Source of the DNA: Escherichia phage LHE83
Sequence record: OQ561750
Length of the DNA stretch: 64,000 bases
Direction: 5' to 3' (one strand)
Part shown: positions 9,208 through 18,123 of the stretch, one piece after another
How positions within the stretch are numbered: position 1 is the stretch's first letter
Layout: each line of letters begins with the position of its first letter
The notes under the pieces: model-generated
What the model was told of the DNA's origin: nothing
The model's input: only the letters and a program-made list of their open reading frames with translations
Databases searched by the model: none
Made by a program: the position numbers and the translations under genes

Positions 9208-9759
9208 ATGATTACTATCGGTGAAATTGTTCGTGTATCCAAAGAATCTCGCTCAAAAGCCGCAGGTCGTTTTGTTGAAGTTGCAGGTATTCGTACTAAT
9301 TTAGTAGGCGGAATTAAAGAAGTTAAAGTGCGTATTATTCCTAAAAATGGCCATACCGAAACCGAATTTGCCTATGTGCATCCTAAATTCTTGGAATCGA
9401 CTGAATTTACTGGACACATCGCTCCTGTAGTTGAAGAAGTTGAATCCCATGATGGGTATGTATGTGAAAGCAATGATATCCGTGGCGTAGTAGCTCAAGA
9501 CGTTGAAACTATTGACCAATCTCATGTTGGTGTTGATTTCAAATGGAAATTAGGTAAAGGTGTCTTTTTCGTTTCACCTAAACCGTTTGAATACAATTGC
9601 AAGTATGGCCCGACTTATGAAACCACTAGTATGTCCGGTTACATCACAGACCAATGGGTTGAAGAAGGTGTTAAGCTGTATAACATCGTGTTCCTTGGCA
9701 CCTTTAAAGTAGTTCCTGAAAGTTTTATTGTTGAGTACGCTGATATTCATTTTGCATAA
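9208..9759 (+). CDS. hypothetical protein (183 aa), paralogue of 8586-9134
   Basis: C-terminal similarity to previous ORF; own promoter. Confidence 0.5.
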   Translation: MITIGEIVRVSKESRSKAAGRFVEVAGIRTNLVGGIKEVKVRIIPKNGHTETEFAYVHPKFLESTEFTGHIAPVVEEVESHDGYVCESNDIRGVVAQDVETIDQSHVGVDFKWKLGKGVFFVSPKPFEYNCKYGPTYETTSMSGYITDQWVEEGVKLYNIVFLGTFKVVPESFIVEYADIHFA

Positions 9760-9771
9760 AGTTTAAAAACA

Positions 9772-9801
9772 GTATACACTATGGTAGGGTAGTGATACTA
9801 T
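9772..9801 (+). promoter_or_regulatory. early promoter in hairpin (GTATAC, 18 bp, TACTAT)
   Basis: Arms TAGGGTA / TACCCTA flank the -10. Confidence 0.5.
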
Positions 9802-9831
9802 TACCCTATCAACAAATGAGAGGAAAATAAA

Positions 9832-10050
9832 ATGGCTAAAGTTACTGTGAACTCGACTCGTGAAGAATTTGAAGATGTTCTGTTCAACCCTGATTTAATC
9901 GTGGTTCAAAAGGAACATTCTGATACGTTTTCTCATTTATCGTCGGTTTATGTATACGAAAACCAAGGTGACAAAAATCCTATCTATGCAGTGTTCCGTG
10001 AAATCACTGCTGAAGGCATTGACTACTGGAAGGAGACTTATAATGTCTAA
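9832..10050 (+). CDS. hypothetical protein (72 aa)
   Basis: ATG with GAGAGGAAAA SD. Confidence 0.45.
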   Translation: MAKVTVNSTREEFEDVLFNPDLIVVQKEHSDTFSHLSSVYVYENQGDKNPIYAVFREITAEGIDYWKETYNV

Positions 10051-10447
10051 TGAAGCTAAATTTGAAGCCGGTAAATGGTACTATTTTAAAGATGAGGCGG
10101 CCGAAGCTGAATTCCGTCGTAGAGATATCAATAATATTGTAGCCGATGTTATTATTGAAGGTGAAGGTTTTTCCCCGGTTAAAATTTCAAATGGATGTGT
10201 AATCAACTTCGACCTGGTTTACGGCGATAATAAAGATATGGTTATATACGCTAGTGAGAGGAAATTTTTTACCGAAATGGTTGAAGTTGAGTGCGACGAA
10301 GAATTGGATGAAGACCGTGATTATGGCTACGATGATAGTGATGATCTGTCCGAACTAAGTGATTTCCCTTTGACTAAAATCACTATCTCTAATAATTCTG
10401 AAGCCTGGTCAGTTTACCAGATGTTGAAAGCTCACTTTAAGGAATAA
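10043..10447 (+). CDS. hypothetical protein (134 aa) with acidic C-terminus
   Basis: ATG with AAGGAG SD; overlaps upstream stop. Confidence 0.45.
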   Translation: MSNEAKFEAGKWYYFKDEAAEAEFRRRDINNIVADVIIEGEGFSPVKISNGCVINFDLVYGDNKDMVIYASERKFFTEMVEVECDEELDEDRDYGYDDSDDLSELSDFPLTKITISNNSEAWSVYQMLKAHFKE

Positions 10448-10448
10448 T

Positions 10449-10625
10449 ATGCCACTTTATGATTACAAATGCCAATCTGAAGACTGTGCAAAAGAATACG
10501 AAAAAATCAAGAAAATCTCTGAAAGAGATAATGATGTTTGTCCTGATTGCCATCGGCTGGCTGTTCGGTTAGTCTCGGCTCCTAAACATGTTAATGGCGG
10601 TTTTTACGACCTGCTGACTAAGTGA
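10449..10625 (+). CDS. zinc-ribbon protein, FmdB-like (58 aa)
   Basis: MPLYDYKC...C(x2)...CPDC pattern typical of FmdB-family zinc ribbons; hand-translated. Confidence 0.45.
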   Translation: MPLYDYKCQSEDCAKEYEKIKKISERDNDVCPDCHRLAVRLVSAPKHVNGGFYDLLTK

Positions 10626-10631
10626 GAAATT

Positions 10632-10892
10632 ATGAAATATATTAATCGTTCTATTGCAGCTCTCGTATTAGCAGTTTCTTTGGTTGGATGTACTGATGCC
10701 GATAATGCTACCCGTGTATTGGATGCAAATGGCTACGAACAAATCCAAATCACAGGATACAACCTATTTGGCTGCTCTGAAGATGATTTCCAACGTACAG
10801 GCTTTATTGCTGTGGGTCCGACAGGTAAAAGGGTTGAAGGAACTGTTTGTTCTGGATTATTCTTTAAAAAGTCGACCATTCGATTTGATTAA
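10632..10892 (+). CDS. putative lipoprotein (86 aa)
   Basis: Signal peptide with lipobox LVGC. Confidence 0.5.
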   Translation: MKYINRSIAALVLAVSLVGCTDADNATRVLDANGYEQIQITGYNLFGCSEDDFQRTGFIAVGPTGKRVEGTVCSGLFFKKSTIRFD

Positions 10893-10908
10893 GGGCTTCG
10901 GCCCTTTT
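10893..10908 (+). terminator. hairpin terminator (GGGC-UUCG-GCCC plus U4)
   Basis: Short GC stem with UUCG loop and U-tract directly after the lipoprotein stop. Confidence 0.5.
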
Positions 10909-10909
10909 A

Positions 10910-10934
10910 TGCTTTAAGTGAAATGGGATAATAT
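10910..10934 (+). promoter_or_regulatory. MotA-dependent middle promoter for gene 39
   Basis: MotA box TGCTTTA, 12 nt, then -10 TAATAT. Confidence 0.5.
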
Positions 10935-10958
10935 TCTCCTACTACATGAGGAAATAAC

Positions 10959-12776
10959 ATGATTAAGAATGAAATTAAAGTACTGTCCGACATTGAACAT
11001 ATCAAAAAACGTAGTGGGATGTATATTGGCTCAAGTGCTAATGAAGCTCACGGTCGATTCCTGTTTGGTAATTTTACACAGGTAAACTATGTTCCTGGAC
11101 TGGTTAAATTAATTGATGAAATCATTGATAACTCTGTCGATGAAGCTATTCGTACCAATTTTAAATTCGCAAATAAAATTGATGTTCAAATTAAGAATAA
11201 CCAGGTTTCAGTTTCTGATAATGGTCGTGGTATTCCACAAGCAATGGTCACCGACCAAAATGGTGAACAGATTCCAGGTCCTGTAGCTGCATGGACTATT
11301 CCAAAGGCAGGTGGTAACTTTGGAGATGACGCTGAGCGTAAGACAGGCGGCATGAATGGTGTCGGTAGTAGTTTAACTAATATCTTCTCTGTTTTGTTCA
11401 CCGGCATCACCTCTGATGGTGAGAATGAGATTACTGTTAACTGTTCAAACGGAATGGAAAACAAAGGTTGGTCTACTAAGAAATCTAAAGGTAAGGGTAC
11501 TTCGGTTATATTCACCCCAGACTTTAATCATTTCGAAGAAAATAGCCTGTCACAAATTTATCTGGATATTACATTAGACCGATTGCAAACTCTGGCCGTA
11601 GTTTATCCTGATATTCAATTTACTTTTAATGGTAAAAAAGTAGATGGCAACTTTAAAAAGTATGCTAAGCAATTTGGTGAAGACTTTGTAATCCAAGAAA
11701 CCGATAATGTTTCGATGGCATTTACTCCTTCTCCGGATGGATTCCGTCAACTGACTTATGTAAACAATATCCACACCAAGAATGGTGGCCACCACGTTGA
11801 ATGTGTATTCGATGATATTTGTGAACACCTTCTGCCAGGCATTAAAAAGAAATACCGTGGAATTGAAGTAACTAAAGCTCGTGTTAAAGAATGCCTTACG
11901 ATGGTGATGTTCATTCGTGATATGAGCAACATGCGTTTTGATTCACAGACTAAAGAACGTTTGACCTCTCCTTTTGGTGAGATTCGCAATCATATCCAAA
12001 TTGATGCTAAGAAAATTGCTCAAGCCATTCTTAAAGTTGATGGGTTGATTATGCCTATCGTTGAAGCTGCTTTAGCACGTAAATTAGCAGCTGAAAAGGC
12101 TGCCGAAACTAAAGCCGCTAAGAAAGCTTCTAAAGCCAAGGTCCATAAGCATATTAAAGCTAACCTATACGGCAAAGATGCTGATACAACCCTGTTCCTA
12201 ACCGAAGGTGATTCCGCTATGGGTCCTTTCATTGAAGTTCGTAATAAAGACCTTCAAGGTGGTTACCCATTGCGTGGTAAGGTTATGAATACCTGGGGAA
12301 TGACAGCAACAGATATCATGAAGAACAAGGAACTATTTGATATCTGTGCAATCACTGGATTGGTTATTGGTGAACCCGCAGATAAAACCAACTATCGTAA
12401 TATTGCTATTATGACCGATGCCGATGTGGATGGTACTGGTTCGATTTATCCATCATTGCTAGCCTTCTTTAGTCAATGGCCCGAATTGTTCGAACAAGGC
12501 CGAGTACGGTTCTGTAAAACTCCGGTGATTATTGCTCAGGTTGGTAAAGAACAGGAATGGTTCTATGATGTGCCTAGTTATACCAAAGCTAAGGACTCTC
12601 TACCAAAACACTCCATTCGTTATATCAAAGGACTGGGTTCTCTTGAGAAGGCTGAATACCGTCGAATGATTCAAGACCCTAAATTTGATGTGGTTCAATT
12701 ACCTGAAGATTGGAAAGAACAGTTCGAAATGCTCCTTGGTAATGACCCACAACTCCGTAAGGCCTGGATGTCGTAA
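10959..12776 (+). CDS. 39: DNA topoisomerase II large subunit, unsplit gp39 (ATPase plus Toprim)
   Basis: 605 aa; GHKL ATPase IDNSVDEA plus Toprim LFLTEGDSAMG and MTDADVDG in a single ORF. Confidence 0.9.
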   Translation: MIKNEIKVLSDIEHIKKRSGMYIGSSANEAHGRFLFGNFTQVNYVPGLVKLIDEIIDNSVDEAIRTNFKFANKIDVQIKNNQVSVSDNGRGIPQAMVTDQNGEQIPGPVAAWTIPKAGGNFGDDAERKTGGMNGVGSSLTNIFSVLFTGITSDGENEITVNCSNGMENKGWSTKKSKGKGTSVIFTPDFNHFEENSLSQIYLDITLDRLQTLAVVYPDIQFTFNGKKVDGNFKKYAKQFGEDFVIQETDNVSMAFTPSPDGFRQLTYVNNIHTKNGGHHVECVFDDICEHLLPGIKKKYRGIEVTKARVKECLTMVMFIRDMSNMRFDSQTKERLTSPFGEIRNHIQIDAKKIAQAILKVDGLIMPIVEAALARKLAAEKAAETKAAKKASKAKVHKHIKANLYGKDADTTLFLTEGDSAMGPFIEVRNKDLQGGYPLRGKVMNTWGMTATDIMKNKELFDICAITGLVIGEPADKTNYRNIAIMTDADVDGTGSIYPSLLAFFSQWPELFEQGRVRFCKTPVIIAQVGKEQEWFYDVPSYTKAKDSLPKHSIRYIKGLGSLEKAEYRRMIQDPKFDVVQLPEDWKEQFEMLLGNDPQLRKAWMS

Positions 12777-12820
12777 TAAATATGTATGGTACTAATTGGT
12801 GCCATACAAAAGGAGACTTT

Positions 12821-12982
12821 ATGAGAAAGTACTGGGTTACGCTCGTCACCGGTGAATACGGTTATATCTGGACTGATACTAGACCTCAGTTTGCAGAATA
12901 CGTGACTATTACAGTCGAGACATGGGACGGCGAAGTTTACCAAACCCGCGGACAAGTCTATAAGGTCGATTCAAGTAACTAA
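12821..12982 (+). CDS. hypothetical protein (53 aa)
   Basis: ATG with AAGGAG SD; track start 12782 has no SD. Confidence 0.35.
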   Translation: MRKYWVTLVTGEYGYIWTDTRPQFAEYVTITVETWDGEVYQTRGQVYKVDSSN

Positions 12983-12985
12983 TAA

Positions 12986-13003
12986 GGGCCTTCGGGCCCT
13001 TTT
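12986..13003 (+). terminator. hairpin terminator (GGGCC-UUCG-GGCCC plus U4)
   Basis: GC stem with UUCG tetraloop and T-run. Confidence 0.6.
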
Positions 13004-13007
13004 CGGG

Positions 13008-13037
13008 GTTTACAACTGATTAAAAGTATGATACGAT
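13008..13037 (+). promoter_or_regulatory. candidate early promoter (GTTTAC, 18 bp, TACGAT)
   Basis: Good -35; degenerate -10. Confidence 0.35.
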
Positions 13038-13055
13038 TCTCTAAGAGGTGAGAAT

Positions 13056-13379
13056 ATGATTATGCAAGATAACAGTATAGTGAACACTGACAACCTGGCT
13101 CTATCCTTTATGGAAGCAGCCATTCGTAACTGTAAGGACGAAGGAGTAGTGACTACAAGCGGTAAGGGACTTGAATACCTTAAGGCTGTAAAATCTATTG
13201 CCTTAAAGATTAAAGATAACCAGGCGCTCTCTCCTGTTGTCCAGGAAAAGGTTTTAGAGATAATGTATCGCCACAGAGAGCACAAAAGTACAATAGGTTC
13301 TATGAGAAGAATTCTGGCTGAACTAGGTTCTACCAGAGAATATGTTCAACATGAGGTAGTTAAAAATGACAAACTTTAA
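13056..13379 (+). CDS. hypothetical protein (107 aa)
   Basis: ATG with GAGGTG SD. Confidence 0.5.
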   Translation: MIMQDNSIVNTDNLALSFMEAAIRNCKDEGVVTTSGKGLEYLKAVKSIALKIKDNQALSPVVQEKVLEIMYRHREHKSTIGSMRRILAELGSTREYVQHEVVKNDKL

Positions 13380-13569
13380 AGTGAATATTGATTTGTTTGA
13401 TAAAGCTGTTCATAAAGAATTCCGGTTAATCCAGCGATTTTTTGATATCAATGCAGCTGAGGATTTTAAAGAACGCTTTAAAGAAATCAGATATAAAATA
13501 CTCAACGACATCGCTACTAAGGACGAGCTCCTTGAAGTGGCAAATATTTTCAAACGTAACCTGAATTGA
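13366..13569 (+). CDS. hypothetical protein (67 aa), rIIA.1 position
   Basis: Overlaps upstream ORF end; precedes rIIA. Confidence 0.4.
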   Translation: MTNFKVNIDLFDKAVHKEFRLIQRFFDINAAEDFKERFKEIRYKILNDIATKDELLEVANIFKRNLN

Positions 13570-13576
13570 GAAAAAT

Positions 13577-15787
13577 ATGATTATTGAAACCGAAAAAGAA
13601 CAAATCATTGGTAATGGTGCTAAGTCCACAGGCTTTACTATCCAGGCATCGCCTAAGGTCTTTAAAATTTTGTCATCAGACCTTTATAGTAATAAAGTAC
13701 GTGCTGTAGTACGTGAACTAATTACCAACATGATTGATGCCCATATTCTGAATGGTAATAAAGAACGTTGGAAAGTACAGGTCCCTGGTAAACTGGACCC
13801 TCGTTTCGTGTGTCGTGATTTCGGTCCGGGTATGAGTGATTTCCAAATTCGTGGTGATGAAAACGAAACAGGTTTGTACAACTCTTATTTCGCATCATCC
13901 AAAACGGCTTCTAATGATTTCATCGGCGGCTTTGGCCTTGGTTCAAAATCTCCGTTCAGTTATACCGAAACGTTTAATATCACCTCATGGCACAATGGCG
14001 AAGTTCGCGGTTATGTAGCATATATGGATGGTGATGGCCCGCAGATTAAACCTACTTTCGTAGAACCTATGCAGCCAGGTGATAAAACAGGTATCGAAAT
14101 CACGGTTCCTGTTGATGAAGAAGATTTCCGTAAGTTTGAAACTGAAGTTCGTTATATCATGCGGCCTTTCATTGGTCTTGGTGATGTAGACGGTGTTGAA
14201 GTTGATTATTTCCCTGAATTTGACGATTACCATCCTGTAACCACTACAAATTATGGCAGCTTCGAACGTTCAGGACTTTATGCAGTTTATGGTGGTATTG
14301 TTTATCCATTGGATTCCGCCTATAATAAAGGCACGTGGATGCGTACTCGCCATGATGTAGTTTATATTAAGTTCCCTATGGGTTCACTGGATATTGCTCC
14401 TTCTCGTGAAGTGTTGTCTCTTGATAAACGTACGATGGAAAATATTGCAACCCGTATCGAAGCACTGGACGCAGTGGTCTTTAAAAACGATACACAGGAA
14501 TGGGTTGAATCTGATAATCCACGCCATGTTTATCGTGACCTTTCTAACCTTGGTTACAGTGCTCGTGACTATCTTACCAAAAAAGGTGGAACTAGCCTGT
14601 TTACTACAGAAAAATTGACATATGAGAAATTATACCAGCGTTATACCCTTCAAAACGACCTTATTAATTTAGGTGTGGTTTACGAAGTCGTTTCAGACCC
14701 ACGTTTGAAACGAATTAAGTCAAGTGGTAATACTTCTTCGGTAGCAGGACTTAGTAATTTATTAGGCATTAATAAGAAAGAAATCCATGTTGTTTATGAT
14801 GATGAAAAAGGTCGTGTGCCATTAGTTCGAGGTCTTTGGGCTCTGGCAATGGACAACAGTGCTTCGGCTAAGAAAATTGTTAAAGAGAACAATATTCCTA
14901 AATACGGAACTGACCTTATTTTTGTCGACCCAAATTCAATGTTGCAAATGCAACAACTTGAAAAGGTTAAAGAACTTTTTAAAGGTGACACAATTCATTT
15001 TTATAAAGTCTCTGAACTGAATAAAATTGTTAAGCCATGGATTCCGGTTACTGTCCGTTCATCAGAACCGCGTCCTAAAACACCGAGTGCTTATCGTTGG
15101 TTCATTAAAGACGGGCGCTGGCAACAAGAGACCATGTATTTGACTGCTGCCGAAGCAGAAGAAATTACAGGTTATGTTCTGTTTGGCAGTCGTTCTGATA
15201 TTATGGGAATGGATGAAGCTTATGGTATCTTTGACATCAATACCATTACCATGTGTCGTATGGCTAATTTGATTGGTGCTACCGAATTCCATATCATTCG
15301 CCCTCAGATTGCCAAAAAGATTAAAAAGTTAGGCCAATGCGAATGCTTGATGGAAGCTACATTAGAAGCTTATGCTGAAGCCTTAGACGCGGTAGATGTT
15401 GATGACTACCTTGGTAGCAATACTCGAGCTCGGTATTACCTTGAAATCATTGCTAAGTTCCCTCAGCTTAATTTCATGACCAAGTATTTCAGTGATAAGC
15501 CGGTAACTGAAGCATATACTCGTCTGAGTAATTTCTATGATATATTCCGTTATATGAATTTCCATGGTTATATCACTGATGATAAGCTTTCCGTTATCAA
15601 GAAAATTTGTAACAATACTTTTTTTAAGTTGACTGATAATGCTTCAAGCAACAATGATAAAATGACTGTACAGTTTGAATCTGATTACCATTTAGTTTCG
15701 GACTACATGTATCGTCGTGGAACATCCATTACCGAGGCTTCTGTAGCTCAAATTGTTAAATTCATGAAAGCCGTGGAAGCGGCTTAA
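13577..15787 (+). CDS. rIIA: rIIA membrane-associated protein (lysis-inhibition/exclusion related)
   Basis: 736 aa; N-terminus MIIETEKE...KVFKILSSDLY and LITNMIDAH ATPase-like motif as recalled for T4 rIIA. Confidence 0.9.
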   Translation: MIIETEKEQIIGNGAKSTGFTIQASPKVFKILSSDLYSNKVRAVVRELITNMIDAHILNGNKERWKVQVPGKLDPRFVCRDFGPGMSDFQIRGDENETGLYNSYFASSKTASNDFIGGFGLGSKSPFSYTETFNITSWHNGEVRGYVAYMDGDGPQIKPTFVEPMQPGDKTGIEITVPVDEEDFRKFETEVRYIMRPFIGLGDVDGVEVDYFPEFDDYHPVTTTNYGSFERSGLYAVYGGIVYPLDSAYNKGTWMRTRHDVVYIKFPMGSLDIAPSREVLSLDKRTMENIATRIEALDAVVFKNDTQEWVESDNPRHVYRDLSNLGYSARDYLTKKGGTSLFTTEKLTYEKLYQRYTLQNDLINLGVVYEVVSDPRLKRIKSSGNTSSVAGLSNLLGINKKEIHVVYDDEKGRVPLVRGLWALAMDNSASAKKIVKENNIPKYGTDLIFVDPNSMLQMQQLEKVKELFKGDTIHFYKVSELNKIVKPWIPVTVRSSEPRPKTPSAYRWFIKDGRWQQETMYLTAAEAEEITGYVLFGSRSDIMGMDEAYGIFDINTITMCRMANLIGATEFHIIRPQIAKKIKKLGQCECLMEATLEAYAEALDAVDVDDYLGSNTRARYYLEIIAKFPQLNFMTKYFSDKPVTEAYTRLSNFYDIFRYMNFHGYITDDKLSVIKKICNNTFFKLTDNASSNNDKMTVQFESDYHLVSDYMYRRGTSITEASVAQIVKFMKAVEAA

Positions 15788-15801
15788 TCTAAGGAAATAT
15801 T

Positions 15802-16767
15802 ATGTACAATATTAAGTGTTTGACCTCCGCTGAGCAAGTTGAAATCGTTAAGTTATATATTTCTGGTAATTATACTCAGAATGAGTTGGCTGACTGGTAC
15901 AGTGTATCAGTTGATACAATCCGTAAAGTCCTGAAAAATGCTAAAGGAGCTGGACAGGCCCAGGTAGTTATTACCGGAAATATCAAAGTAACAGTTCCTA
16001 ACGAGCCTCGTGAAGTTCCCGTTGAAGTTACTATTGGCGGCTCTCGCCCTGAAATTATCTGGAACGCGAGTTCTAAATTCGTATCCATCACTGAAGGTCG
16101 TACAGTATGGAACACCACTAATAAGAACAAACATTTTGATGCCATCGTACAGGCCCTTAAAGAATCCCGTTTTGACGACGCGATTAAACTGATTTCCATT
16201 AAAGAAGCTGTTAAGGCCTTCGTCAAAGGTAACGTTCGTATTGAAGGTGGTCGTCTGGTTTACCAAGGCATCGAATTGCGTTCAGGGTTGATTGACCGTA
16301 TTATTACTTCAATGGAAAATGGTGAAGACTTCGAATTCTACCTGCCTTTCCTTGAAAACCTGTTAGAAAACCCAAGCGAAAAAGCTGTACAACGTTTGTT
16401 CGACTTCCTGGTTGCAAACGACATCAAAATTACTGAAGATGGCCACTTTATTACGTGGAAGGTAGTTAACTCCGATTACACCGACTGCCGTACTGGTACG
16501 TTTGATAACTCACCAGGCAAACCGGTTAAAATGCCTCGTTCACGTGTAAACGATGACGATACAGTAACTTGTTCAAGAGGTCTGCACGTTTGCTCTCGTA
16601 GCTATATCGGTGCATTCGGTAATTCAAACAACCGTGTAGTTTCATGTAAAGTTAACCCACGTGATGTTGTTAGTATTCCTGTTGATTATGGTGATGCTAA
16701 AATGCGCGTATGTTATTATGAAGTTCTGGAAGACGTTACCGATCAGTTTAAATCAGATTTACGTTAA
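15802..16767 (+). CDS. rIIB: rIIB protein
   Basis: 321 aa; near-colinear with T4 rIIB as recalled (MYNIKCLT..., FEFY.PFLENLLENPS). Confidence 0.9.
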   Translation: MYNIKCLTSAEQVEIVKLYISGNYTQNELADWYSVSVDTIRKVLKNAKGAGQAQVVITGNIKVTVPNEPREVPVEVTIGGSRPEIIWNASSKFVSITEGRTVWNTTNKNKHFDAIVQALKESRFDDAIKLISIKEAVKAFVKGNVRIEGGRLVYQGIELRSGLIDRIITSMENGEDFEFYLPFLENLLENPSEKAVQRLFDFLVANDIKITEDGHFITWKVVNSDYTDCRTGTFDNSPGKPVKMPRSRVNDDDTVTCSRGLHVCSRSYIGAFGNSNNRVVSCKVNPRDVVSIPVDYGDAKMRVCYYEVLEDVTDQFKSDLR

Positions 16768-16775
16768 AATTAAAC

Positions 16776-16791
16776 GGAGGCTTCGGCCTCC
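16776..16791 (+). other. RNA stem-loop (GGAGGC-UUCG-GCCUCC) without U-tract
   Basis: Perfect 6-bp stem, UUCG loop; followed by the SD of the next ORF rather than a T-run. Confidence 0.5.
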
Positions 16792-16803
16792 TAAGAGGAA
16801 ATT

Positions 16804-17001
16804 ATGTTAGATTACCAAGCACGTGTAGTTGAAGAATACGACCAGTTGGTTCTTAAAATTAATGCTCTCGAAGAGTTTATTAAAGGCGGTGTTTTTGAAA
16901 CTCTTGATATCCGTCAACAAGGGTTACTGATTTCACAACTGGATGCGATGGGTGCTTATGCTCATTGTTTAGAGGTTCGTATTTCTTATTTCGGTGAGTA
17001 A
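16804..17001 (+). CDS. hypothetical protein (65 aa)
   Basis: ATG with AAGAGGAA SD. Confidence 0.45.
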   Translation: MLDYQARVVEEYDQLVLKINALEEFIKGGVFETLDIRQQGLLISQLDAMGAYAHCLEVRISYFGE

Positions 17002-17002
17002 A

Positions 17003-17302
17003 ATGATTAATTACCTGAATGTCGGTGAACGTGATATCAAGATTTCCAATTTGCGTGGGTTCCATCGTGCAGGTACTGTTTATTGTGCTAAGCTCGTTAA
17101 ACACCCTGGTGATGTTCATTACGCTTTTCTAGAATGCGATGAGGTGGTTGAAGGCGAGTTTCCTTTAGTAGATTCTGATACTTTAGAACCCGACGACCGA
17201 ATTTATTACGGTGAACTTCATATTCGAGGCATTTATGGTGAAGACGAACCCGGGACTACTCCGATTGGCAGCGATGCCGACATTTACCCTGAAGACATCT
17301 GA
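17003..17302 (+). CDS. hypothetical protein (99 aa)
   Basis: ATG directly after upstream stop; track start is GTG at 16994. Confidence 0.45.
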   Translation: MINYLNVGERDIKISNLRGFHRAGTVYCAKLVKHPGDVHYAFLECDEVVEGEFPLVDSDTLEPDDRIYYGELHIRGIYGEDEPGTTPIGSDADIYPEDI

Positions 17303-17315
17303 TTTAACAGGCGAA

Positions 17316-17792
17316 ATGAAGGTCAAGATTAAGGATACCGTATTGTATTCCTTAAGTCAAGACCCGTCCCAAGATAAGAAAGAAGTATTGACTCGGTGTG
17401 TCATTGCAACGTACGCCGAGTACATGGTTGCAGATTGGTTGAAAGGATATGTTAACAGTGGTCTGGAAGACCATGACGACCCTTATACCTATGCATGGGA
17501 TGTTTTAGCTCATCCTATGTACTGTGGACTACGCGTAGAGGTCAAGACCCATCAGTCGGATTCTAAGTGGATTTCCTGCACTACAGGATACTCCGGTGAC
17601 TTCCCTTATGGAACAGGGATTAACCTGGGCCCGCTCTTGAATCATAAAGTTGCAGACTGTATAATTATATTCGACACTTCAGTAAATGAGGCAGGCGACG
17701 TCCTGTTCACTCCTAAGTTCTCTGGCGACAGAGAAGCCATCAAAAAACTAGTCCGTAAGAGTAATTTCAACGGCTGGTATCTCGCCTTATAA
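17316..17792 (+). CDS. hypothetical protein (158 aa); start uncertain
   Basis: First ATG downstream of upstream stop; track ORF extends to 17211 overlapping previous gene. Confidence 0.4.
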   Translation: MKVKIKDTVLYSLSQDPSQDKKEVLTRCVIATYAEYMVADWLKGYVNSGLEDHDDPYTYAWDVLAHPMYCGLRVEVKTHQSDSKWISCTTGYSGDFPYGTGINLGPLLNHKVADCIIIFDTSVNEAGDVLFTPKFSGDREAIKKLVRKSNFNGWYLAL

Positions 17793-17807
17793 ATTTTTTA
17801 AATAAGT

Positions 17808-17837
17808 GTTTACATACACCAAGGATGGTGTTACTAT
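17808..17837 (+). promoter_or_regulatory. early promoter (GTTTAC, 18 bp, TACTAT, CTTCCTATCAAC)
   Basis: Conserved promoter block. Confidence 0.5.
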
Positions 17838-17865
17838 CTTCCTATCAACTTGAGAGGAAAACAAA

Positions 17866-18123
17866 ATGAAATTCTATTACGCCAAACATAAAATTACCCG
17901 TGAGTTTGTATCGTTTTCAACCTTTTCAGATGAAGAAGACTTTTGCATCACTGGTCTGGATTTATCTAAATATGAAACCGACCAGCCTTATTTGACCACT
18001 CATGACGAGATTCAACGTTTGGTGAACGGTGAGCTAAATAATTCTTACTGCACTCAAATTTACCCTGCTTTGAAAAAAGCTATCAATGCTAATCAGATTG
18101 AAATCATTGAGGTGGAATTGTGA
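17866..18123 (+). CDS. hypothetical protein (85 aa), paralogue of next ORF
   Basis: Shares N-terminal YYAKHK.T and C-terminal IEI.EV motifs with 18120-18386. Confidence 0.5.
   Translation: MKFYYAKHKITREFVSFSTFSDEEDFCITGLDLSKYETDQPYLTTHDEIQRLVNGELNNSYCTQIYPALKKAINANQIEIIEVEL

Noticed and set aside
17211-17316. Overlap of ORF 17211-17792 with the preceding ORF as a programmed frameshift
   Set aside because: No slippery heptamer or downstream structure is evident; an in-frame ATG at 17316 just after the upstream stop is the simpler start.
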